From Azolla caroliniana (Eukaryota > Plantae > Polypodiophyta), in assembly GCA_043228905.1 (NCBI GenBank), contig JBHGNT010000007.1, positions 3,472,001 to 3,536,000 on the forward strand: a stretch of DNA of 64,000 nucleotides. Reading direction: 5' to 3'. Below are positions 11,327-24,208 of the stretch, piece by piece. The position numbers and the translations under genes were made by a program. The first letter of the stretch is position 1. The number at the start of each line of letters is the position of its first letter. Below the pieces are notes generated by a model, which had not been told where the DNA came from, ran no database searches, and saw only the letters and a program-made list of their open reading frames with translations.

Positions 11327-14159
11327 TGGATTTAGGTTTAGAAGTATATTCTTAGCTCAAAAGCTAAGGAGATCATGTAGCAACAAACTAACATTAGACT
11401 AATGAGGCGATCAGCGTGAGTTTAATGGGCCACTTGATCATGCATAGATAGGATTATAATACTCTCGACATTTGAAATGTCAAGAATCAGTTGCGATGAT
11501 TATATGGAACCATTTCTTGTACAACTTTGTTCAGTTCTTGTACAACTTTGTTGTGTTCAAGGGAATTGAGAGTGCACCTTGTTGGGGTGAATCACATTGA
11601 AATGTCTTAACGAGTAAATTTAGCTCTTGTTTTGAGTTATTCATGGTGATCACAATGGGTTTCTTGCTGTATATTTCCTCTGCAAATGAAATCAACTGTT
11701 ATGACCATTGCACCGATTTCAATACACATTGTCATATATAGCTTTCAGTTATTGATGATTGTGGTATTATATATTAATGAGTTTGGGAGCTTAATAACTT
11801 TGCATACAACTATAATAGAAATAGTACGCTTATTAAAATAGCCTGGATCTCTGTTACCAAGCTTTATGATGTGTTCCCAATTATATTTGGATTTCTTGTG
11901 GCCTCTATTTGTAGTGTATCCATCATTGATCTCTATTAACAATATTTGTAATGTGATCACAATAAGATTTGGATGGCTTACGACCTCTATTTGTAATGGA
12001 TCCATCATTTATCTTTGGAAAGGATAAATGATGAGAGAGAGAGATTCGAAATCATATACTTGTGGATGCTTGTATGGTGGGGTCTTACTGGCATCACCAC
12101 AAGTGGAATAAGAGTAATATGCTAAACAACTAGAATAGTCTCTTTTAGTGGTATGCAAAAATAATAAGAGATCTTATTTGACATAATTTGCTACATCAAC
12201 GAAGATTCAAACTCAAATCTATAAGTAGAGAACTTTGTAACCTGATCCTTAACATATTTGAATGCCTTAATGACCTCTATTTGTGTTGTATTCATTGATT
12301 GTAGCTCTCCAAAGGATCCATGAACAAACGATAGAGAAGACAAGACAAAGCTAATGATTTTGGCAAGACAACATGATTTAGGATAAAAATATGCATGATG
12401 ATGAAAATAACTAAATTGCATATTATTTTCCTCTATAGGCATTAAGATTTGATGTGGTATTTGGAAATTCCTCTTGATTAGTAGCTACTAACTTGCTCTT
12501 ATTTAGATATGTTCAAAGCAAGTAGTCTCATAAACTCTAAATCTCATAAACAAACATTCCTTAGAGGCTTTCCGATAGGGCTAAATTAAACTCTAAGATG
12601 ACTTGAGTATCTATTTAACCATTTCATAGGAATCTCTTTTTGAAAACCTATACAGGCATGTGCAAGGCAATGCTATATAGAGATTGTTATTCGTGTTTTG
12701 GTGTCTCGACAACACTTTTGGCAATTGTGATGATATTTCCACATATTGGATTGGTAAAGTAAATGGCAACATGTATTAAGTAAATAAATGATCCTTGGTT
12801 ACAATATTATCCTCTTATCACATCCAAATTCTAGATATCTCATGTTTATGCTCCATCATGCTTTGCTTCAATCTTGTGCAAAAGCTTTTATTGCAAAGGA
12901 AGAAAACACATGTTTTGACATGATAGAAGACCTTAGACAACGTTGTAGATGAGGATCATTCAACAATCTTGGAAATTGGCACAAGTAACTTTGCACATGT
13001 ACTTGATTCCTACTGTAAGAATGTCTCTGATTTCCATGAAAATGTAATAGATTGTCACATAAAGTGAATTGAAGAAAGTGTGTGAGTACCAAATGATCAA
13101 AGGTGAAAGATCAAACAAGTGAACAACCTAAGGGAATTGATGGAAGGACTTTGATCCTTGCTAGAAACAACAAAAAAGATGCAATAAGAAACCATTGTGA
13201 TAGGTTGTGGCAAGAAAATGGAATTAGATTGCACAAAAGATACATTGGAAATGTTGAGAACTCCTAGTAGATGGCTAATTGTTCCCATACATGCGATTCT
13301 CGGATCAAGAGGATTTGAATGAGCATGCCATGATTTCTTTGAGTATCTGGGAATCTAATCATAAGTTTCAAATACTTAATACAAGGGAGTTCACACTTCA
13401 AAGAATCAATGTTCTTGTTATTTAAACTAGCAAGCAATGTGTTTGATATAGGATATTTGCCATAATCTCAATAATGTGGAAGCGTTAATATATCAAATAT
13501 GTTAGGAGCTGACTAACTTAGGCACACTTTCCTAGGTAGAAACTATAAATGATCAAGATAACAAGAGAGATTTTGCAACGTTGGGATTGTCACCCATGGG
13601 GTCCAACTTCAAAGTATGTAATGGTTGTAACTCACCAAGTCATGCCATGTGTTAGGACTTAACAAACTTGGACTATATTGGGGAAATATGTTATGGTTTT
13701 ATATCTGTTATAAGGAGTAATTTTGTGGCTTTGAAGTTATGCTAAAAGATCAATATTGGTAATTTAAATACTTACTTCTGTATTGTTTGTTATTTATTTT
13801 TTTCACATATATTCTTTCTATTGTGAAAAAACCAGCCTAGTTAGCTTCTTACTTCTTACTCAATTTATAGTTGATATAAAGGTACCCATTTGGGTTGGCT
13901 TAGCTAAAAAGGGTATGCTAAAAGGGTGGGTCGGCTTAGGTACATGCATCCTAAAAAGGGTGTGCTAAAAGGGTGGCACAAAGGAATACATGCACACCAC
14001 ATTTCCCCCCTAAGAGAAACAAGAGTCTGAGGAGCAGGAACAAGAACAGGAGCAGTGGCTTGTCATAGGAATAGGAACACGAACAAGAGCAATGGCTTGT
14101 TGAAGGAGGGGGGCATCTGTTGGAGATAGAGCTCCCAAGTGGCACGATTCATGTTGACA

Positions 14160-14490
14160 AGTTTTGAGTAGACATCAATGGACGATTCTGGTGGGAGGCG
14201 AGGGTCACACCCATAGAGTGCTCGAAAAGGGTTGATCAGTGTCGACGCCTGTAAGGATGTATTCTAGGCGTGAGTGACGAAATGCAAGATTTGATCCTAG
14301 GTTTTGTTGCATGGATCGATGTAAGCGGCAATCTCCTTCTTGAGGGTCTTATTGAGGCGTCCAATGAGGTCATTTGTCTGAGGATGGTATGGGGACTTAA
14401 GCACCTGTTGGACACCTAGTTGAGTTGCAACGATGTTGAGGACATCCCTGTGGAACTGACGGCCCTGATCAGATACTAGTTAGATGGGGC
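14160..14490 (-). pseudogene. Gypsy integrase core remnant inside the small LTR element
   Basis: Minus-strand translation with stops: 'LVSDQGRQFHRDVLNIVATQLGVQQVLKSPYHPQTNDLIGRLNKTLKKEIAAY...NPFRALYGCDPRLP'. Confidence 0.85.
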
Positions 14491-14764
14491 TAGTGACGGA
14501 AAACGGACTAGCAATTGGCAGATAGAGATCAATCCCTCCTGTGGACTGAGGGCCACTTGGACTTGGTTGAGGTGGGGGACAGGAGGACTATAGGCGGATA
14601 GAGATCAATCGCTCATGTGGTCTGAGGGCCACTTGGACTTACCTGAGGTGGGGGACAAGAGGGCTATCGTGTAGGAGTGGGATTGAGGAAACTCGTCGTA
14701 CAAGAAGTTAGTGGGCAACCTAAGGTGCGGGGGAAGAGGTGGATGCTTGGACGGGGGGCATTGG

Positions 14765-14782
14765 TACCCCGCGTCTCCACCA
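14765..14782 (-). promoter_or_regulatory. Primer binding site complementary to the 3' end of tRNA-Ala
   Basis: TGGTGGAGACGCGGGGTA lies 3 nt inside the LTR. It matches the recalled plant tRNA-Ala 3' end (...TACCCCGCATCTCCACCA) with one mismatch. Confidence 0.8.
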
Positions 14783-15939
14783 ATATGTGAAATGCACATA
14801 AGAGATCAAAACCAACCTAGTTAGCTTCTTACTTCTTACTCAATTTATAGTTGATATAAAGGTACCCATTTGGGTTGGCTTAGCTAAAAAGGGTGGGTCG
14901 GCTTAGGTACATGCATCCTAAAATGGGTGTGCTAAAAGGGTGGCACAAAGGAACACATGCACACCATACTATCTATATCTCATTACACTATCCAAATATT
15001 TTTTTTGTCATTGGTATCTCATTACATTCTAAAACTATTCTTTATGTTATATGTATCTCTTCAGTGTGAGAAAATTAAATTTTCGCTAATGGAGAATATT
15101 ATCTTCGAATCTCAATGCTACTTATTAGGTTAGAGTTCCATCGTGTTAGATGGTTTGTAATGTTGATAAGTACCTTAGATAGTATGACACAACAATCATA
15201 AATCATCCCTATAACACCAATATGGACAAGTTTATGTTCAATTGATTTCTCAATGATATCGTCAAAAAACTCAAAACACCATGATAAATATTTAAACCCA
15301 TGGCCCCTTAAATGAGGATGTGTAACCTTGACCATTAAGACATAAATGTATTTTATAAAATATTGTACATCATATGGTTTGGTGTCTTCATGATTCCTAC
15401 CCTACTAACTGCAACCTTTGCATTCATGATTGCTTTCGTCATAGAGTGCGATACATGTTAAACGTCGAAGGGGAAAGCATGCACATGTCCGAACCATCCT
15501 ATATAAGCATGTGTTTGAGCATTGATGAACCATTTGGGTTCAAAGCTTGTCTTCATCATATTCTTGTATATCTTGTCTTTCTTGTCAATGCATTGTCGAT
15601 CTCCACTTATTTCTCTTCTCATTCTTTTTTTCAATTTTACCTTGCACTTGGCTACAATCTTGATAGTTTGAACTAGAATAAACCCTTCTTCTCTATTTCT
15701 TTCCCTTTAGATTTAGAAACTTCTCACCTATCTTGTCATAACCATGACAACAATAAGTGAACAAGAATATATGTGTGTTCTAGTTTATCTAGAATGTTTA
15801 ACAACCAAGATCACGAGGAGAAAGAGAATCAAAGGCTTCTTAGGGACTTACAATAAGTGAATGATGAGAAATCTCAACATGAGGAATTCACTAACTTGAA
15901 CCTTATGACAACAAGCTCGGAGCACCATGTTTGCCAAAA

Positions 15940-16233
15940 TAACCCATGATAAATCTCCCAACAAAGTTTGATGGTACTCGGTCACAATTTTGAGTATTCC
16001 TAAATCAGGTGCGACTAGTTTTACAAATGTATCCCACTTGATATTCAATTGATACGACACAAGTAGGGTTGGTTTGAGAGTCTATTGACTAGTACAACAA
16101 TAGGTTGATTTGCGCTATTTATCGAGAAAAGTTACCCTATATTAGATAAATTTGATGAGTTTATGAGGAAATTCAAACTTGTTTTGGAGATACTAATAGT
16201 TTGAGAACCAATATCAATGAGATTCGAAGTTTA
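15940..16233 (+). pseudogene. Degraded Ty3/Gypsy (chromovirus-type) gag fragment
   Basis: Translation 'INLPTKFDGTRSQF*VFLNQVRLVLQMYPT*YSIDTTQVGLV...ILDKFDEFMRKF...INEIRSL' resembles the 'LPEKFDGTRSKFRGFxNQVRL' gag motif. It contains stops and frameshifts. Confidence 0.7.
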
Positions 16234-17149
16234 ATGGTCATATTATAACTTGTGGAGAACTATTAATGGCCAACGGGCTTGCTATGTGAAAGGGTCCTAT
16301 TAAGGTTTTCAACTTGTATAAAAAGGCAAGAAATCCCGTGTGAAAGGGGCCTTTGATGCCTCAACTTTGGGCTACCTTTTCGTCCTCATTCTCTCCCCTT
16401 TGTGTTTCTCCTTGCAGCTTTTCCCTACTAGTTAGTAATTATCCATTTATTAAGACTAATATATTCCTTAATTATTATAGTCATTAGGTGTGTTAATTCC
16501 ATATTAATTGTAGAATCATTTGAAGCTTCTAAAGTTACATGGGATCGGGAAAAAAGTACTTTTATGTGTTGATGTATGACTTGGTGTTTGCCATTGGGAG
16601 TGATGTCTTGTGATCCCTCGCTTAGCCCAACAAGAAGAAGGTGCCCCCTTGGAACACCAATGACCATTGGAAGTGCAAAATTCCAAGGTATGAGTTAGGG
16701 TGGTCCCTTGTGGAAAACACTAATATCTCGTAAGTATGACGACCTTTATAGTTCTTTACAAAAGGCTTTGTCTCCTTTCACATTGGGATGACCCTAAAGC
16801 TGTAGATTTATAGTACTGCATGTATCCTCCTCTTTTGGTCCCACATTTGAGTCCTTGGTACCAATGTTGATTATCATTGAGGGTGTGTTACATACAACAA
16901 ATACTTAACACAACATTTCTTCAAAGAAGAAGACCTTAGATGGCAAGTTGTCGTGAATAGGTGAACTATGTAGTAGTCTATTATGTGAATAGGCATGAGT
17001 TTAGCTAAGGTGGAAGTGTGTTTAGCTCGCCAATCCAAACTAATAGTATTACCGCCACCGAACTCCTACCAGGTCATCTTAGTCATCATTTCCTCACGTG
17101 GAATTGCATGCATGGGAATCACCAAGGGGTTCCTCTTGCCTCAAAGAAG

Positions 17150-17225
17150 AGGACGTTTGGAGGCTCATAAGCTCAATGGAACCAACTTTGTGGTATGGAG
17201 ACTATGCAAATGCAAAGTAATCCTT
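17150..17225 (+). pseudogene. Possible Ty1/Copia gag N-terminal remnant
   Basis: 'LEAHKLNGTNFVVWRL' resembles the Copia gag 'KLNGxNFxxWK' motif. The match is very short. Confidence 0.35.
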
Positions 17226-17230
17226 GCTTC

Positions 17231-17373
17231 ATTCACATCTTGACTCTTGAGCTGACAACGAAATAACCAAAATTCAAGTTAGCTACATTGGCACTTATCC
17301 CTGCTTCTTTCACCTCTTGACTCTTGAGCTAACAACGAAATAACCAAAATTCAAGTTAGCTACATTGGCACTT
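17231..17373. repeat. Near-identical ~65-bp direct duplication
   Basis: 'ttcac.tcttgactcttgagct.acaacgaaataaccaaaattcaagttagctacattggcactt' occurs twice. Confidence 0.9.
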
Positions 17374-19255
17374 TGGTTTAGATTAACGATTCTTGTATAA
17401 TAATTCATGAATATTCAAGCCTTCTTAAATGAGGTATTTTGTTTGATTAGCTTTGACCTTTTATGAATTTCATATATATTCCCAAATGATTTTCTTTCAA
17501 CCAATAGGGAAAAGGCATATTTTGGGGAACTTTTGTTCTTAAGTTTTAGAGAAGGACAAACCAAGTTTACACTAAGAACTCTAGATGCTAATTGAGTGGT
17601 CCTTGGTGTATGATAATCCTCGCACTAAGAACTCTAGATGCTTTAGATTTCAGAGTAAAAGGGGTAGGGGGTTCCTAGGGGTTCCCTAAATGTGATATAT
17701 ATGTATTGCAATGGCTTTGGAAAACAAGGATATTTGTTTCTTTTCTCCATTATTTTCCTCAGGTAGTAACTATTCACCAATACGAACTCCAAACATATAT
17801 TATACATTACACAATACAAAAGTGTATAATCATTATATACACAAAAGGAGCATGTTTAAATCAATGAACATATGGAAAATTAAGAGATAATTATTTACAA
17901 CGGGGATCACCTTGACAATGGAGGCACGTAGAAGAGAAGCAAATTTATTTTGTGAAAATTGATGAACAATGATTTTTTTAAGAAAATCTTTGAAATTTAA
18001 ATGTCACATTTTTATGGCAAGGCATATTTAGTCTTTATTGCCTTATTAGTTGGTAAATATAAATTTAATGTTTCCTCTACGATCAGGTGAGAACATTCTC
18101 TTTAGGCCTCCAAACAAATTTGTAAAAAACTAAATAGATTGACTTTGAAAAACTAAAGAAATGTAGGCAATGCTTGAAACAAGGATATATATACATATAT
18201 ATTGTTCATACATTCATTATTCTATGTTTGGTGGGATTCTTAATAACCCATTGAGAGATGATTTGCAAATGTGTTATCTCCTTATTTATGTTTTGGTTTG
18301 TTTATAAGTAGGATATGTGTACGTCTCATTGTCCCTTCAAATGGAACATGACATAATTACTTCCTCCCCCAACTTATTGAGACAACATGTATTTTGTGCT
18401 TAAAGCCATATTTCCGTGTCTCCAATTTAAGTGCTGGATTTTGGAGTTAGTTGTGAGCGTAAAAACATTGGCGCTTGTAAACTCACTCTTTACTTGCTTC
18501 CAAATTTCCTTCGGGAGGTATTAAGTATCCTTGCATACATGCATTGGTGTTTGCCCAACACTGGCTCTTGATGGATTCACACTGCTTAGAAGAGTCATGA
18601 GCTTGAACAACGTTAGAAGTTTAATTCAATCATCGTTACATGTCTTTTAGATTTTAATAGGATTTCATTTGTCATCAAGGATGAATGAATCTATTGACAC
18701 TTGGTTTCTCACATACAATAGCTCAACTTTTGGTGTTTCTAAGCTAGTCTCATTGTTTTGACACTATATATTTGAATTCAACTAATAAGAAACATGAAGC
18801 TTTGCGGCTTCTTAGACTTGTTCACATATTTGCTATTTACTTGACAAGTACATGTTACCTAAGTAGTTATAACACCTCTTTGCTTGACCTTGTGCCTATA
18901 ATATATAGTAGTATATGCTTTGGCACTGTCCCACATTTCCTATATTTGTGTTGCTCTCCATAATGTGTATTCCCCATCATTCTAACCTCCAGAATCCTCA
19001 AACTCCTACCAAAACCGAGGTAATTGTTCTCTAAAACTTAGTCCCATAGGCCAGAGTGTTGGCCCAAGGATGTGAAAGAAATATCTCAGAGGGTAATAGA
19101 TCTCAATAGATCTCTCCGCCGTGCTAGACTCCATCATGTGGCTACTCACCCCATGGTTAGCATTTCCACCACCCTATTAAAACCTATGGAAAAATCATTA
19201 TGTCTTCACTTGATTACATGGACCACATTTCGCCTCATCAAATGATGCAAGTAGA

Positions 19256-19359
<104 letters not shown>

Positions 19360-19751
19360 GTATATAATTCATATCAAGGAAGATAATAGGGTTTATCTAT
19401 CCATCTCTATGACTATGTAAAAAGTTGCATATGACCTTGGGGAGATGCTCCTCGAGCAGAGTTATAGAATGAAGATTGAGGTTTTGGGATAGATAAACCG
19501 AATGTGAACCCCAAACCTTCTTTCTAATCACAATTAAGTGCTAGCTAAAACATTTTCATTTCTCGAACAAGCGAGACCACATATCGAGAGTGTTTACGAC
19601 AATTATACTGTATTGTTTCGGCCGGATGACCTACACTCTAGGCCTCGTGGCCTCTCTCTTTTGGGCGCCCGGACATACACTTCTTCTTCTTCTCCATTTA
19701 TTTTCTAGTTCCTACTATACTTTCTTTAGGATTGATTTTCTAGTTTCTAAT

Positions 19752-19782
<31 letters not shown>

Positions 19783-19804
19783 CTGCATCTCTTTGTCTCT
19801 CATC

Positions 19805-19828
19805 TAAACCCTAAACCCTAAACCCTAA
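19805..19828 (+). promoter_or_regulatory. (TAAACCC)3 telo-box array just upstream of the first OFP gene
   Basis: taaaccctaaaccctaaaccctaa lies ~55 bp before the ATG at 19883. Confidence 0.65.
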
Positions 19829-19882
19829 GAGCTCCACCCCACCATAGCCCACCAAATCTCCCATTTACTGTCGAAGCGTATA

Positions 19883-21274
19883 ATGGATCGGAATCCATCC
19901 TCAGAGCATCCAACCACCCCTTCCTTCCTCTCTAGCTTCCTTCAATCTTGCAAATGCTTCTCCATCCTCCGCAACGACCAGGATGATCCCGATGACGATG
20001 CCATCTCACCCTCTGCTCGTCTCTTCTACGATCCCCACCCAATCTACTCTGACGAGACGACAAAATTTACGCAGCTTCATCTCTGCAGGTTTAATGGTAT
20101 CTTTGAGGAAGAGAAGAAGAAGAAGAAGGCCATGAAAGCTTCCATTTCGTGTCATTCTCGCCGTGGCAAAGCTAGGAAGATTCTATTGGATAGTAAAGAA
20201 AGATTATTGAAGAAGAAGGAGAAGCAGAAGAAGATTGGTACAAAGGAGGGGGATCGTTTCTTACGGAATCTATGGTCTCAGAATGAGAAGGATTGTTCTA
20301 AACCTGCATGGGACATCGTGAAATCCAAGCTTTCATTAGAGAAGAAGGAATCTGACAACAATTCGAAACAACGTTGCCATATGAAGCATGAGGCCATGAG
20401 GTGCAGGGTTTTGAAGGAGATGGAAATGACAAGGAAATGTTGCTACCACGAGAATGGGGCTATTATTGGAGGTTTCATGGATGAATCAAGGGATGCATCA
20501 TGTGATTCTGCTAAGCAGAACAAGAATGGGGTTATCATTGGAGGTTTCATGGATGAATCAAGGGATGCATCATGTGATTCTGCTAAGCAGAACAAGAATG
20601 GGGTTATCATTGGAGGTTTCATGGATGAATCAAGGGATGCATCAATTGATTCTGCTAAGAAGAACAAGAATGAGGCCATTATTGGAGGTTTCATGGATCA
20701 ATCAAGGAATGTATCATGTGATTCTGCTAAGAATGGTGGCACTCAGTCATGCTCTTTGGAGGAGGAGGATCGTAGTCATCGGAGGCGTCACAAGGTGAAG
20801 CGCGGGAAATCTTCGAGAGCTTTGGGCAAGTGTGAAACGGACGCCGGACACTGGTGCACACATGATGGTGGGTTCGGAGTATCAAATCCGATGATTAGCC
20901 GGGCCGGGTGCACACATCCCGAGGAGGACCACACATATCGGGGGTTCGGATCGGACCACGAGCCCGAGCTTGGGCCGAGCCCAATGAATTGCTTGAAAAC
21001 CACTAGAGCTTGGGGGAACTGCATCCCCATGGTGAAGTATTCTTATAGAGCCTATGATGATTTCTACGAGTCCATGTGGTGTCTTGTTGTCCGAAGGCGG
21101 AGCCTCGCGAAGAAGACGGACCTTGGAGACTTGAAGGACTTGTTTGCTTGCTACCTCCTTATCAACTCCCCAATGCATCACCACCTCATCGAGGAGGCCT
21201 TCATTAACCTCTTAACCTACATTTCACTACATGCAAACAGCCCACACTCCATGGATCAACCTTCGAAGCATTAA
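19883..21274 (+). CDS. OFP: OVATE family protein (OFP), intronless, 463 aa, with an internal 24-aa repeat
   Basis: C-terminal OVATE domain: 'CIPMVKYSYRAYDDFYESMWCLVV...DLGDLKDLFACYLLINSPMHHHLIEEAFINLL' (family pattern VKxSxDPYxDFxxSM...LxCYLxLNxxxHHxxIxxAF). Confidence 0.85.
   Translation: MDRNPSSEHPTTPSFLSSFLQSCKCFSILRNDQDDPDDDAISPSARLFYDPHPIYSDETTKFTQLHLCRFNGIFEEEKKKKKAMKASISCHSRRGKARKILLDSKERLLKKKEKQKKIGTKEGDRFLRNLWSQNEKDCSKPAWDIVKSKLSLEKKESDNNSKQRCHMKHEAMRCRVLKEMEMTRKCCYHENGAIIGGFMDESRDASCDSAKQNKNGVIIGGFMDESRDASCDSAKQNKNGVIIGGFMDESRDASIDSAKKNKNEAIIGGFMDQSRNVSCDSAKNGGTQSCSLEEEDRSHRRRHKVKRGKSSRALGKCETDAGHWCTHDGGFGVSNPMISRAGCTHPEEDHTYRGFGSDHEPELGPSPMNCLKTTRAWGNCIPMVKYSYRAYDDFYESMWCLVVRRRSLAKKTDLGDLKDLFACYLLINSPMHHHLIEEAFINLLTYISLHANSPHSMDQPSKH
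20451..20735 (+). repeat. Coding minisatellite: ~4 x 72 bp (24 aa, NGVIIGGFMDESRDASCDSAKQNK)
   Basis: Units start at 20451, 20523, 20595 and 20667, all in frame within the OFP ORF. Confidence 0.95.
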
Positions 21275-21559
21275 GTAGATGTTAATTTTTTCCAAGGTCT
21301 TTCTAACCCACGAAACATGTCATCCACGACCACCATTTGCTTAGACCTTGTCGAACCACTAAGTAGTACTACCCCCAACAAAGTCTCTTAAATTCTTCTT
21401 ATGTGCAATGCATATCAAACTCAAATTTCTCGACAAATAGTCCTGCTCTATGTTTTTCTCTCTTTGTTCCACTACCCACCCACATGACAAATCTTTCAAA
21501 TGCTTACAAATCGCCACATAGTATTTTCTAAGGTCTTAAAATTTACCATAATGCACATA

Positions 21560-21750
21560 GGTTTGTTGTTCCTTCCTAATGCCGTGCATTATCATGGTTT
21601 TGAGTGCATCTTGGTGGTGATCGAGCAATTCGTGAAAGTGACACATTTCATCAACCAACAAGAAATCATTTCCCAATCTTACGTTGTCTCATAACACATT
21701 TACAAGTATCACGATCCTCTTGCCTTATCATGACACTTTTAGACAAAATA
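21560..21750 (+). pseudogene. Degraded Gypsy integrase fragment between the two OFP genes
   Basis: 'HYHGFECILVVIEQFVKVTHFI...HIYKYH' resembles 'GFDxILVVVDRFTKMAHFIP...IFKxHG'. Confidence 0.55.
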
Positions 21751-24208
21751 TTATGTCAACTTAACTAGAAAAGATACTTTTACATTGAATTTAGGAGGCT
21801 TCAAAGATAAATCTTGATATACATAGCTAATGATCCTTAGGATGATGATATTGTACTCTTTGAAAAGAAAGATAAGTTCTCAAAGCATTTCAAGAAAGGG
21901 TGATAATGCAAGAAACATCTTAGATATCGTTTTCGTGTCCTTAATCTTAATTTTCGTGCAATTTAGCCTAATTAACATTATAATTAGTGCTAATTACCAC
22001 AATTTGTATTGCAAATAGCAAGTTAATTTGGGTGGTTAGTGCTACACATTGTTAAATGCCATAGTAATCACGATATTACTTGCAATAAGTTGCAATTGCA
22101 TCACTAATCACAATGTTAATTCCTGTTTTTTTTACTATAACCATCATTTCTTTTTACCAATGCATACTGCCTTATTTTAAAAATTACACACGGTGGGCCA
22201 AAACATTTTGTGTAATATATTATGGGTAACATTGATATGATTCTCATTATAACAATGTTGGTATATTATACATTTTAGATAATAGTTGGAAATTTATATC
22301 TTCAGTTAAAAGTTGTATAAGTTGCAATGGGATACAATTTAGTTAAGTTATTATAGGAGACAAGTATATTTGGTATGGTTCCTGACCCCAATGACATCAT
22401 AATGGTAAATTGTACAACTAGGATAATCTTTAAACGCCACTTTTGTACTTCTACTTGGATAAGCAAACATGTTGTCCCTATTATTTCCAAACAATAACTT
22501 CACCTTTTTTGTATTGCTTGTCTTATTGAATTATAGACCATTGCTGAAGTGAGAGAGTAAGAGTGCTAGGCGACAACATATTTCGGCAGTTAGTTCAAGG
22601 AAGCTACATATATTTGTAGATAACTTGCTTTGCATACCAATAAAAAGATATCTTCTATTTCCTACCCAATAAATGTTCAAGTTACGTAGCCAAGGAAGCT
22701 CCAATAGTTCTTAGATAACTTGCACTCCAAATAAAAAAAGGGATATCTTATATTCCCTAGACCATCCATAAATAAAAATCTCCAAAGGTCATAAAAAACT
22801 ATAGAATTATTGACCAATCACTACCGAGAGGTGTTCCATGTTTGGCCATTGTCAATGTGTCATCCTTAATGAATCATGGCCTGGTGAGGAATGGCTAGCT
22901 ATCCAGTTGAAGGATGAGTTTAGTATCTTATACTAGGAGATCGACAACATTGTCTCATGAATGTATAAATATTTAAAACATCTACAATTCTCTAGTAGCT
23001 TTTGATCTTAACAAAATGGCTAGTCCAACAACTTTGAAAATAGTTTCAATCAATGGGCTTGAGAGATAGGAAAGACTCGGGACTCAAGCTTGCTACTAAA
23101 GATACGGAGAACAATGGGCATGTATGAGAAATGCGCAACTTGGATAAGGAAAAATTGTTAGTGAAGAATCATAATTGTCAAGACACACATGGTAGCAAAA
23201 CATATTGTAGATTGATGTGTGCTTTCACATCGTAGCAATGCATTAATTGCCATTGAGTTATGTTAAGCTAGTCTTAACTAGTTTTGTAAAAAAAAGGAGT
23301 CACAATTTCTTTGGCTCCAAGATATCTAATTAAAGAGGCAATGGTGTACACATTTGATTGAATTGCATAGGAGGCGCATGCCTTCTAAAGTAAGGAAAAT
23401 GTTTATGTTCAAATAACATCATAGGGATAAACCCTAAGGAACAAGGAACATACAATAAACCATCCAACCATGTTCATGGTACTTTGAGTATATAATGACA
23501 CAACAATTTACATACTTTGTACTTATTACACATCAACAATACCCAAAGGTGTGCATGTCATCTACTTGGAGTCACTAAGTTCTTATAAAACATACTAGAA
23601 AAAATGTAATGTCTCAGTAAGAGAGGAACTTGCACAAAGGGCTATCATTGGCACACATTCAAGTGAAAGGATGATAGTCAGAATAGGAGCCAAAGTTTGA
23701 TGACGAGCATTCGATCCAGTGAATGTTGTTGATGGTCATCTAATCAAAAGATTCAACAATACAATAGAGATCCATGCCAAAAGACCGCCAATAGGCCTAC
23801 AAGACAAAGGTTCTTGTTGAGCATTCGAGCTAAACGACAATCAACACACACCCACACGTTGAAGGTGTTTGTTGAGCATCACCCAAGCCAAAACACCATG
23901 CTCTTGGTCGAGAATTTGAACCAAAGTCGAATGGGGGGGCATCCATTTGAGTGAGGCGCCATCTTAAAAAACAAGGGTAGATCATGGGCACATCATCATA
24001 CAATAGCGAGGCGAAAAGAGTCACCAACCAAGCGAAAAGAGTCACCATCCAAACATGAGAGCCAATGGATCATTCACAAATAAGGAGCCAATGGACTATT
24101 CACAAATAAGGGCTCCATACCAAAAATGTACATTGGTGTGTGTCTCTCTTTGTTGGTAGCCAAGTTCGTGTTCATACTAGTGGGTCTTGTCGGCCAAAGT
24201 GTGGGAAT

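Larger units (their letters stand above)
13822..14968 (-). mobile_element. Small (1.15 kb) non-autonomous Ty3/Gypsy deletion derivative (TRIM-like) with ~180-bp LTRs
   Basis: Direct repeats at 13822-14001 and 14786-14968. CTAT flanks both ends (13818-13821 and 14969-14972). On the minus strand there is a PBS TGGTGGAGACGCGGGGTA (14765-14782) and a PPT TTAGGGGGGAAA (14002-14013). The interior holds an integrase remnant. Confidence 0.88.

Noticed and set aside
12190-13760. Possible degraded retroelement (protease-like traces near 13580-13660)
   Set aside because: Too degenerate to assign by eye; needs a translated search.
14765-14782. tRNA gene
   Set aside because: Only an 18-nt match to a tRNA 3' end including CCA, next to an LTR, so it is a PBS. 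The same applies to 38738-38755.
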